This document shows positions 20,094 to 28,156 of a DNA stretch of 48,711 nt, piece by piece. The position numbers were made by a program, and so were the translations under genes. The stretch covers positions 1 through 48,711 of the forward strand of contig JBHLLF010000021.1 in assembly GCA_048885865.1 (NCBI GenBank), given 5' to 3'. Origin of the DNA: Candidatus Hermodarchaeota archaeon. Lineage in GTDB: Archaea; Asgardarchaeota; Thorarchaeia; Thorarchaeales; Thorarchaeaceae. The first letter of the stretch is position 1. Each line of letters opens with the position of its first letter. The notes below the pieces were generated by a model, which was not told the origin of the DNA, did no database searches, and saw only the letters and a program-made list of their open reading frames with translations.

Positions 20094-20453
20094 TCATCGA
20101 TTGAATAAGCCAGAGTATTCAATGGGCCGCATAGACCATTCCGACGCAATCTCACCTGCTGGATATTGCGTCCTGACCGGTGGCATCCAAGTCTGTGGGT
20201 ACATCCATATCTCAACTATACTCTTCGGGAAGCCTGCAGACTCTGGAACACGACCACGTAAAGTGTTCCTGTATACTGATAGCTGAATCCTATAGCTGGC
20301 TGTAGTACCATTCTTCAGGGTAACTCCTCCCTTATAGCTCCCTGATTTGAGACCATAGAAATCCTTCACATATCTGGGTACATAGAACATGTGGTAATGA
20401 CCTGCACCCTTCATCAATCTTGACAAGAATCTCAAAGGCATTCTAGATGTCAC
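20094..20453 (-). CDS. Hypothetical protein, possibly AbrB-like fold
   Basis: FYVPRYVKDFYGLKSG resembles the AbrB/MazE 'IP..IR..LGL..G' pattern; weak. Confidence 0.5.
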   Translation of the reverse strand: MTSRMPLRFLSRLMKGAGHYHMFYVPRYVKDFYGLKSGSYKGGVTLKNGTTASYRIQLSVYRNTLRGRVPESAGFPKSIVEIWMYPQTWMPPVRTQYPAGEIASEWSMRPIEYSGLFNR

Positions 20454-20491
20454 CTCACTTTCAGCTCTGAATCAAATTCCTTCAGAACTAG

Positions 20492-20543
20492 TGTATACAT
20501 ATGTAATCAAAATGTATATAAATATGTCTATCTTTGTATACAA
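20492..20543. promoter_or_regulatory. Phased array of TGTATACA-like boxes (array 1)
   Basis: Boxes at 20492, 20502, 20513, (20525) and 20535 between divergent genes. Confidence 0.6.
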
Positions 20544-20574
20544 TAGCGGCTTCATTGAAAAGGATGCTGACTCT

Positions 20575-20736
20575 ATGACTGAAGATATGATGATACGAGT
20601 TCCGCGTGAACTCAAAAAACGTTTCGAGAATCTTGAAAAGAAAAACTCATGGAAAGGCTTTGCTTCCTTCGTAAGAGAGGCAATACGTTTCCATCTTGAT
20701 CACCATGAGAAGATTGAGAGAAGCAACAACAGCTAG
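20575..20736 (+). CDS. Ribbon-helix-helix (CopG-like) regulator
   Basis: MMIRVPRELKKRFENL......FASFVREAIR pattern. Confidence 0.75.
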   Translation: MTEDMMIRVPRELKKRFENLEKKNSWKGFASFVREAIRFHLDHHEKIERSNNS

Positions 20737-20948
20737 TCGTCCAAAGAGATTAGAAGAAAGGATGAACTGCACCACGAGGAATCTACATCACTTGGTTCAT
20801 TTATCCAGTTCTAATTGATACCGTTCTATTTTGCATAGAAAGCAAATTGTCTACATTCTTGCCGCGACTGCGATTCGTATTGTTTTGAATCAATGTGAAT
20901 TCAATAGCGAATTGTGACGGCAATCAGCCACATAGCACATACTGTCAG

Positions 20949-21010
20949 TGTAAACAAATTTATAACCAAATGAATACATTATGTATACCAAAGTATACTA
21001 TTGTATACAA
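20949..21010. promoter_or_regulatory. Phased array of TGTATACA-like boxes (array 2)
   Basis: Boxes at 20949, 20971, 20982, 20992 and 21002. Confidence 0.6.
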
Positions 21011-21011
21011 T

Positions 21012-21764
21012 ATGGTGATTAGGATGTTGAATAGCAATTTGCGTCAGACTAATGCCAATCAAGAAGTTAAGCACCAAAAAGTCGAGAGAAGCGTGAGGTG
21101 GGTTGAGATTGACACCGAATGGGCCTATTGGATTGACCCGGAGTCATTCAATATCAAACGGCTAAAGAAACGTGCGCCCATAGGTGCAATCATAATTGTG
21201 AAGACTAGAAAGAAACTTGATGATGAAAGAACATACGTGGATGACTCATTTGGTTTGGTTATTGAAAAAGGAATAGAGGATCTTACGAAGAAGGAAGCAA
21301 GCGATATTCTTGCCAAGCAGGCATTGGAATACATGCGATGGGCGAAACATTGGCCGCCTTTCACGGAACTAAAGGAAATTCAAAAGTCTGGAGATGTGAA
21401 GGTCAGCTTTAAGCCCAGTGAGTACGACTCCTTCATTCTCGTGATGACCCGCAATATAATTGGTGCGGATCCAGCTGAGTTCCTGAGTAAACTCAAGAAA
21501 CATGTAGCTCCACAGGAACCAGCATGGAGAGTTGAAATTGCTAAATCGGGGAGATCAAGATGTCGTTCGTGTCGAGATTATATATTTGAGGGTAGATTTC
21601 GCATTGGTGAGCCATATTTCTATGAGGGGAGCCTTTCCTATAGATGGTATCACCCGAGATGTGTGACGAGAAGGATCGATGTGAATGAAATTGAAACTCT
21701 AGACGGTTATAGCATGCTTAGACCAGGCGAGAAACAACGTTTGAAGCATCTATTATCACAATAA
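21012..21764 (+). CDS. Unknown N-terminal domain fused to a C-terminal PARP-type zinc finger (start uncertain, 21012-21093)
   Basis: VEIAKSGRSRCRSC...I.....RIG.......WYHPRC matches the zf-PARP pattern; N-domain is paralogous to 23210-23674. Confidence 0.8.
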   Translation: MVIRMLNSNLRQTNANQEVKHQKVERSVRWVEIDTEWAYWIDPESFNIKRLKKRAPIGAIIIVKTRKKLDDERTYVDDSFGLVIEKGIEDLTKKEASDILAKQALEYMRWAKHWPPFTELKEIQKSGDVKVSFKPSEYDSFILVMTRNIIGADPAEFLSKLKKHVAPQEPAWRVEIAKSGRSRCRSCRDYIFEGRFRIGEPYFYEGSLSYRWYHPRCVTRRIDVNEIETLDGYSMLRPGEKQRLKHLLSQ

Positions 21765-21768
21765 GAAT

Positions 21769-23226
21769 TTGGATTGTGAATCAAGAAGGACATTTCAGAA
21801 GGGGCAGGGGTTGAAGACAGAGACACACACCACCAAAAGCAGGTTGGGTGGTGAGCATATCGTTTCAGGAACACTGTATGATGCTCGTTCATGTAACACA
21901 CTTGGGAATTTGTCTGTGGAGGTGTGGGATGAGGACTTTATAATGAATGATTTTCTGGGCTCAACAACTTCAGACTTGTATGGTCACTACCATGTTAGCT
22001 TTGAGAGGGACAAATTTCACGGGATTCTCGATGTGAACCCGGATGTCTACATCAAAGTCAAGAACAAGGATGGCATGTTATTGCATAGGTCTTCGACACG
22101 CAAAGAATCTGGGAACAACACAATCATTAATGCAAGGATAAGTGGAGTGGAGTTAGCGGGCAGAGTTTCTGACGGTTTATACCAGTGGAAGACATTCTAT
22201 AACCAAGAGGGCACACATGTTACTGTACGTATACGATTAGTACACGATAGCAGTATCAAAGAGAGCGAAATAGTGAGCCTGCGTGAGAAATGGAAAAGGG
22301 GTATAGAGGACATCTGGTCTGACCGCTATGCTTGCTGCTGTGAATCGTATATTAGCGCACTTTCTGATTGCAGTCGACCTGCACGACTGACATTTGAGGT
22401 TCAGTGGGTTGAGAAGAGTCCGCATTACACAGTAAATGTAAGGAAAGGTCCATCTGTGTCAAACATGCTACTATGGGATACTGAAGACTCTGAGGCAGTT
22501 GTTGCACATCACTTCGGTCATATGTTGGGCTTAGAAGACGAATACTATGACCCCTCTTGCCCCTTGAGGTCACCAGTCGATACAGGAACGATTATGGATG
22601 ATGGCATGCATGTTGTAAGTCGTCATGTGGATCACTTGTGTCAGTTTTTGAATCAGTCTACAGCTCCTATTCCACATCGAGGAAATTATGACGAGTTCTT
22701 ACCTGCTAGAAGTCAACGCGCCAAAGTCCCTGAACAAGCAGCGAATGAAGAGGTTAGTCGTCTTTTGAAGGCAATCACTTCAGGAGAAATGATGCTGGAA
22801 GAAGGTGACAAAATTACTCACAGAGTCATTGGTGGTTTCTCAAGTGACAGGTATGAATGGTTTCTTGAAATTCTCCATAATGGAAGAGCTACCCTCATTA
22901 TTAGAGATGAAATAAAGGAGGAAAAGGCAGAATATACAATATCTCTTGATTCATCATCGATAATGAGGCTCATCAAGGAAGTCATAGCCAGCGGAATCAG
23001 TAAAGCAAGCTCATCTAGTTATGGATATCTTCCAGACTCGCTCATAGGATGTTTTGCCTTAGATATCAGAGGGCTGCGGAAGTCTTGGTTCTTTTTAGCT
23101 AGCCCAATACAGAGAAGGGCACATCGCATTAGAATAGGAAAGGCCTGTGCGGCAGTGAATCGTTTGATGAGAAGAGTTGCTGAAACAGTAATAATGGGAG
23201 GAACCGAGGATGGTGAAATTGATTGA
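21769..23226 (+). CDS. Transthyretin-like domain + zincin-like domain with HHFGHMLGLEDEY motif + C-terminal domain (start uncertain)
   Basis: VEVWDED...DFLG..SD..G.Y segment; HExxHxxGL.DEY-like motif with E replaced by H. Confidence 0.7.
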   Translation: MDCESRRTFQKGQGLKTETHTTKSRLGGEHIVSGTLYDARSCNTLGNLSVEVWDEDFIMNDFLGSTTSDLYGHYHVSFERDKFHGILDVNPDVYIKVKNKDGMLLHRSSTRKESGNNTIINARISGVELAGRVSDGLYQWKTFYNQEGTHVTVRIRLVHDSSIKESEIVSLREKWKRGIEDIWSDRYACCCESYISALSDCSRPARLTFEVQWVEKSPHYTVNVRKGPSVSNMLLWDTEDSEAVVAHHFGHMLGLEDEYYDPSCPLRSPVDTGTIMDDGMHVVSRHVDHLCQFLNQSTAPIPHRGNYDEFLPARSQRAKVPEQAANEEVSRLLKAITSGEMMLEEGDKITHRVIGGFSSDRYEWFLEILHNGRATLIIRDEIKEEKAEYTISLDSSSIMRLIKEVIASGISKASSSSYGYLPDSLIGCFALDIRGLRKSWFFLASPIQRRAHRIRIGKACAAVNRLMRRVAETVIMGGTEDGEID

Positions 23227-23674
23227 AATCAAACATGATTGGGCAATTTGGGTAGATGCTGACAGTTTCGAAACTTGTCAAACAAAGAATCAGGCCCCCA
23301 TCCACTCGATTGTAATCATGAAGACAAAGGAGGCGCCCAAAGGGGAACCTTGCTACATCAAAACTGCGTATGGAATAGTTGGTGAATTCGGAATTGTCGG
23401 AATCAACAAAAAATCTGCTTGTGAGATACTCTCAAATCGAGCCATTGACTTCATCCAAAGGACTGGACATTGGCCACCATGCACAAACTTGAAGAGGGTT
23501 TTGAAGTCGGGAGATGTCGAACTATCGTTCACAATTACAGAACATGACGCGTTTACGTTAAGAGTAACTGCAGACATGGCCGATGGTAATCCACTTGATT
23601 TTCTTTTGGGGCTCAACCAATATGAGAAACCAAGAACATCTCAGAGAGGGCCTAATCAATTAATAAGCACTTGA
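23210..23674 (+). CDS. Hypothetical protein, stand-alone paralogue of the zf-PARP protein N-domain
   Basis: Shared WA.W.D..SF, API, KK.A..IL, HWPP.T.LK...KSGDV..SF and P..FL..L motifs. Confidence 0.75.
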   Translation: MVKLIEIKHDWAIWVDADSFETCQTKNQAPIHSIVIMKTKEAPKGEPCYIKTAYGIVGEFGIVGINKKSACEILSNRAIDFIQRTGHWPPCTNLKRVLKSGDVELSFTITEHDAFTLRVTADMADGNPLDFLLGLNQYEKPRTSQRGPNQLIST

Positions 23675-23729
23675 AGATGATATGAGAATTTTGGGGAATT
23701 TCTGCAACTAATGGAGGTAGAAATGAGGA

Positions 23730-24272
23730 GTGTCTTCTGAGTATTACCCAAGCTGGTCAAGATGGCTCGATTTAGTAATTGGGGTCGCCATTCTTGTAGT
23801 GAGTCTATGGATTGTCATCGATTCCACATTGACACAACGCACAATAATCTTGACGATAGCGATTGCATTATTGATTGTTGGTTTTGTCAGGATTATCAAG
23901 AGCATTTTCATGAAACGAATTGATACAAGATCCCGTATTACCAAAGGAACTGTAGGAGTTGCTGCAGTCCTAATATCAGTGGGTGTTGTCCTATTTCCAG
24001 GCCTCGCAATCACATTTCTAGTTACAATGATGACCTTCGCGATTATGCTTATGGGAATGTCAAGAGTAATAGTAGGATACTTGGAGAGAGAACTTGCTAC
24101 ATGGGCCAGAGCTCTATACATGATTGGCGGCGCTATAGCCTTTGGTTTTGGTTTCCTGGCAGCATTATTCCCTGGACTAGGGTTCTACACCTTAATTCTG
24201 CTAATATCCGCAGCGATGATTACTGTGGGAGTCATTCGAATTGCAAGTGGAATAACAGGAGAGCTGAGATAG
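23730..24272 (+). CDS. HdeD/DUF308 family membrane protein
   Basis: Six TM helices in repeated hairpin pattern; paralogue at 24932. Confidence 0.75.
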   Translation: MSSEYYPSWSRWLDLVIGVAILVVSLWIVIDSTLTQRTIILTIAIALLIVGFVRIIKSIFMKRIDTRSRITKGTVGVAAVLISVGVVLFPGLAITFLVTMMTFAIMLMGMSRVIVGYLERELATWARALYMIGGAIAFGFGFLAALFPGLGFYTLILLISAAMITVGVIRIASGITGELR

Positions 24273-24307
24273 CATAACAACATGATAGAACAAGCAGACG
24301 TGAGTGA

Positions 24308-24886
24308 ATGGAAATGAGCAGGAAATTGCCAGTCAGAGATGTATATACAGTAAAGACGTTTCTTAATGACTTGAAGAAGATGAATCTAACACCTAGTGGA
24401 TTATACACAATTGGCACTGAAGTTGTATATTATGAATGGCTGAAGGCTATTGACAATCTTGGTGAAAATGACTCTGTTGTCGTCTATTTGGAAGAACTTC
24501 TCAATTTCATGCAAACGGATTATGAGCGTCGGTTGGTGGAAGCGGACCTCCGCCGGGAGAAGGACACACCTGGAGCTACAATCAATTCATTTCTCAAAGA
24601 AACCCCCCTAGAATTTCAGTCCTATGTTCTTCAACGTTCGGGCGAGTTCATAAGCGGGGTTCTTCGGGCGGCTCAGGCCATCAATAGGAGAGAGATTGAG
24701 AGGTATGAGAGAATAGAAAACAGGCTATCAGCTGAACTTGAAGAGAATCCGGATAATCCTGAACTCTGGAATCAGCTCAGACTTGCCCTGTGGATTCTCG
24801 GACGACATGATGAGGCAAGTTTTGCGTTCAAGCAGGCGAAGAAGCTGGGATGGGACAAAAGGAAGTCAAGGACGGTCGCAGTTTAG
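24308..24886 (+). CDS. Hypothetical protein with C-terminal TPR
   Basis: NPDNPELWNQLRLALWILGRHDEA..AF..A TPR motif. Confidence 0.7.
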   Translation: MEMSRKLPVRDVYTVKTFLNDLKKMNLTPSGLYTIGTEVVYYEWLKAIDNLGENDSVVVYLEELLNFMQTDYERRLVEADLRREKDTPGATINSFLKETPLEFQSYVLQRSGEFISGVLRAAQAINRREIERYERIENRLSAELEENPDNPELWNQLRLALWILGRHDEASFAFKQAKKLGWDKRKSRTVAV

Positions 24887-24931
24887 CTATCAGTTGCCTT
24901 GAACAGATATCCCATCCTTAGATTGCATAAA

Positions 24932-25465
24932 TTAGATATCCCCAGTGACTCCACTGACGACGCGTGCAGCCCCAGCCATGATAAAAGCAATCGAAGCAAA
25001 CAGGGAAAGTGTGATGAAACCAAGCCCAGGGACAATTAGAATCAGAACAGGTATTGCAGCTCCTATAGCCCCCACAAGAAGGTGAAAGACACGCGTCCTC
25101 ATGCTCATCTCGGCTTCGCTATAGAAGATTATAATCCTAGCCGCACCTGTGAAGAAAAGGGCTATTGCCACAATTGAGATCAGAAGATTAATTCCAAAGG
25201 CAGGAAAGACCAATACTATGACAGCAAGGATTACCGACAGTAATCCTGTGATAACATGTATTGCTCTGCTTGTTCGTTTGAGACTCATAACGACTGCCCC
25301 TTTGGAAATCCTTGCAATTCCAATAAGAACAAGGCCAACTGCAAAGATAAGAAGAATGATAGCTTCGGCGAGTGTTCCGCCAAGAATCACCCACGAACCC
25401 AATACGATTAGGATCAGACCCACAAGCAGATCTAATACTCGAATGGAGTTGGGAGCGGAGGACAT
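24932..25465 (-). CDS. HdeD/DUF308 family membrane protein
   Basis: Paralogue of 23730-24272 (R.LDL..G; ends SG.TG(D/E)). Confidence 0.75.
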   Translation of the reverse strand: MSSAPNSIRVLDLLVGLILIVLGSWVILGGTLAEAIILLIFAVGLVLIGIARISKGAVVMSLKRTSRAIHVITGLLSVILAVIVLVFPAFGINLLISIVAIALFFTGAARIIIFYSEAEMSMRTRVFHLLVGAIGAAIPVLILIVPGLGFITLSLFASIAFIMAGAARVVSGVTGDI

Positions 25466-25695
25466 AGAATTCTAACAACATCTACGGCATATCTTTCTTT
25501 GCCTTTGCAGATCTCGATTCAGGAATCAAGAGTGTGTAGAATGAAGGGGAATCTGTAGATTGCTTCATCAAGATATGTTTAAGAGAGACTTCTGAAATGC
25601 AGATATCCAAGGCGGTCAATTGGCTACTAGACCCTGTTCAAAGATTGTAGCTGCCAGGATTCCAATTCGGTTTTGCATAGAAGGCGCTTTTCCAG

Positions 25696-27510
25696 ATGAT
25701 AGAGAAAGCAATCATAAAGCATCAAGTGCGGCTTTACATTTTGGGTGCGATAATTGGAGTCGTATCAGGTCTGGTTGCAGTTGGCTTCAGATGGCTAATT
25801 CTTGGATTCAGTGTCTTATTTGTATGGATTCCTCAGAATGTGGGCTTGTTTGGTTGGCTTGTAATTCCAGTTCTCGGAGGCCTAATAGTTGCATTCATTG
25901 TACAGAGGTATGCTCCAGAAGCTAAAGGGCACGGAGTCCCCGAACTGATGGACGCATATGCTCTTCGGGGGGGGAGAATTCGAATGCGAGTCCCGCTTTT
26001 GAAGAGCCTTGCGTCAGCGTTATGCATAGGTTCGGGAGGATCTTGCGGCAGAGAAGGGCCTATAGCACAAATAGGCGGGGGAGTGGGTTCTGCAATTGCA
26101 GGAAAACTGAAGCTCAACACTCGAATAACAAAGACATTGGTGGTCTGTGGCGTATCGTCTGGAATTGCTGCATCATTCAATGCTCCATTAGGAGGTACAC
26201 TTTTCGGGATTGAGATAATAGCTGGAGGGCTAGTTGGATTCTCCATCATTCCAGTTATCCTGTCATCTGTTGTGGCGACCGCACTAGCAAATGCAATCTT
26301 GGGTAACCAGCCTTCATTTCAAGCACCTCTGTTCTCTTTGAACAACTATTTTGAACTTGGATTCTATTTGATTCTAGGACTTCTTTTTGGGCTTATCAGC
26401 GTCGCGTGGACAAGAGGTTTCTATACCATTGAAGACTTCCTTGAGCGCCTTAGAGTATCAAAATACCTTCTGCCTGCGATTGGGGGCTTGCTTGTAGGTG
26501 GTCTTGCGATATCTATTGTCTTCGTAGAGCAGGCATTTTCTTATTCCGGTTTCTTCAAGCCCAACGAACCATACTTCCCAGCCAATATGGGGGTAGGGTA
26601 TGCATTCATGGATACAGCCCTGCTTGGCAGTGTGCCGCTTGCTGTGCTTCTCATCTTTGGGATAGTGAAAGCATTATCAACATCATTCACCTTGGGCTCA
26701 GGGGGTTCTGGTGGAGTCTTTGCGCCGACTCTGTATATGGGAACAGCCTTGGGTGGAGCTTTCGGTCTAGCATGCTCAATTGCTTTTCCAGGTGTGATTC
26801 CAGAGCCAATGGCTTTTGGTATCGTTGGAATGGCTGCCCTCTTTGCGGGATCGGGACGAGCACCAATTACATGCATTGTAATGGTGATGGAGATGACAAG
26901 TGACTATTCCATGATTCTCCCATTAATGATAGCGGTATCAACCTCATTCCTTGTTGCTTCGTCAATAGAGGAAGAAAGCATCTACAGTCTAAAGCTGTCA
27001 CGAAGGGGTGTGAAACTAAGACGCGGATCTTACATTGGCGCTCTGAGAGAGATCAAAGCTGGACAGGTCATGACTAAAATTCCGACTGCGCTGGCTCCTG
27101 GCATGACAAAGGAAGAAGTGCTCAAGATAGTCGACGACACACAACACACGAAGTTCCCAGTGGTCAATGGAGAGGGTCGAGTCGTCGGGACACTCATTAC
27201 AGAAGATCTGTTCTGTGAGATTGCAATAGAAGGCACGTGTCCAGTAGAGGCTCTAATGAACCCGGACTTTTTGCATATCACTGCAGACAGCTCGATGGAT
27301 AGTGTTCTTCACGCCATGCTCGAACGGGGTGAAGGCCATGCCGTCGTCGTGGACGCAACGAATCCACACAAGATGATTGGGTTCATCACAAAAGCAGATG
27401 TGCTTCGAGCCTATGAGCTTTCAATCGTCAGACTCAGAGAAGAAGGAGAACCCATAGATGCAATTGATCCTCTAAGTACAATACTTGAATCGATTGACGG
27501 GATTGAGTAG
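25696..27510 (+). CDS. ClC chloride channel/antiporter with CBS domains
   Basis: GHGVPE, GREGP and GGVFAP motifs; C-terminal CBS pair. Confidence 0.93.
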   Translation: MIEKAIIKHQVRLYILGAIIGVVSGLVAVGFRWLILGFSVLFVWIPQNVGLFGWLVIPVLGGLIVAFIVQRYAPEAKGHGVPELMDAYALRGGRIRMRVPLLKSLASALCIGSGGSCGREGPIAQIGGGVGSAIAGKLKLNTRITKTLVVCGVSSGIAASFNAPLGGTLFGIEIIAGGLVGFSIIPVILSSVVATALANAILGNQPSFQAPLFSLNNYFELGFYLILGLLFGLISVAWTRGFYTIEDFLERLRVSKYLLPAIGGLLVGGLAISIVFVEQAFSYSGFFKPNEPYFPANMGVGYAFMDTALLGSVPLAVLLIFGIVKALSTSFTLGSGGSGGVFAPTLYMGTALGGAFGLACSIAFPGVIPEPMAFGIVGMAALFAGSGRAPITCIVMVMEMTSDYSMILPLMIAVSTSFLVASSIEEESIYSLKLSRRGVKLRRGSYIGALREIKAGQVMTKIPTALAPGMTKEEVLKIVDDTQHTKFPVVNGEGRVVGTLITEDLFCEIAIEGTCPVEALMNPDFLHITADSSMDSVLHAMLERGEGHAVVVDATNPHKMIGFITKADVLRAYELSIVRLREEGEPIDAIDPLSTILESIDGIE

Positions 27511-27533
27511 TTCTACTCAGTCATCATTACGAA

Positions 27534-27767
27534 TTAGACTGGTTGATTAAGTTCTACCATATCACGGTCGTGAATTTGATTCTCGGGTTTTGCCAGAGCA
27601 TTGTTGATGTAGCAATCTCCAACATCGCTCAATTCCAATCCCAATCGATTCAATAAGCCTTGGAAATGCTCTCCTTCGACATACTCGCATATCAGGATAG
27701 TATTGGCGTCAGGAATGCGTTTCCTGACCGTTTCTTTGAGATTGCCATAGATAAGAACTTCAATCAT
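27534..27767 (-). CDS. MoaD/ThiS-like beta-grasp protein lacking C-terminal GG
   Basis: IEV..YGNL, LL..LGL, YINN and I.D.D.V motifs. Confidence 0.6.
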   Translation of the reverse strand: MIEVLIYGNLKETVRKRIPDANTILICEYVEGEHFQGLLNRLGLELSDVGDCYINNALAKPENQIHDRDMVELNQPV

Positions 27768-27817
27768 ATTTCTAAATGCGTTTCTCAGAAGATAAGGAGT
27801 TCGCTAGGAGATCCCTC

Positions 27818-27904
27818 AAATTAAAAGGTGCTCAGCAGTGCGAGAAGGGCATTTCCCCCAAATACACCATCTCACTGCCGCCTCAACTTCTCTCTACCTC
27901 AGAA
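27818..27904 (-). repeat. 16S-trailer repeat copy R6 (~87 bp)
   Basis: Aligns to 48429-48513 with scattered substitutions and a small indel. Confidence 0.92.
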
Positions 27905-27948
27905 TTGATGTCTACGGTTTTCTTCACATGAAGTGCATGAGAAGATTT

Positions 27949-27989
27949 TTATGAATATTGATTCATTAGTTTTATTGAATCATGATTCA
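27949..27989. promoter_or_regulatory. Palindromic operator-like sites upstream of cdhA
   Basis: TTATGAATATTGATTCATTA (reverse complement of 8780-8799) plus perfect palindrome TGAATCATGATTCA at 27976-27989. Confidence 0.6.
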
Positions 27990-28156
27990 TAAATTTGATG
28001 GGCTTGATTGAGGAGGATTCCTGTGACAGCGTCTTTGCCTGGAGAGTCAGCTCAGGATCTTAAACGCTCCACTTTCATGACCTGGGGGGACTGGCGGTGC
28101 TATATGCCATGTTCTGAGGTCAATGCAACTGCAAAAGGAACAGGATTTGAATAAGT

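Noticed and set aside
20895-21011. Upstream extension of the zf-PARP ORF (and 20491-20574 for the RHH)
   Set aside because: It covers AT-rich operator arrays and is more plausibly promoter DNA.
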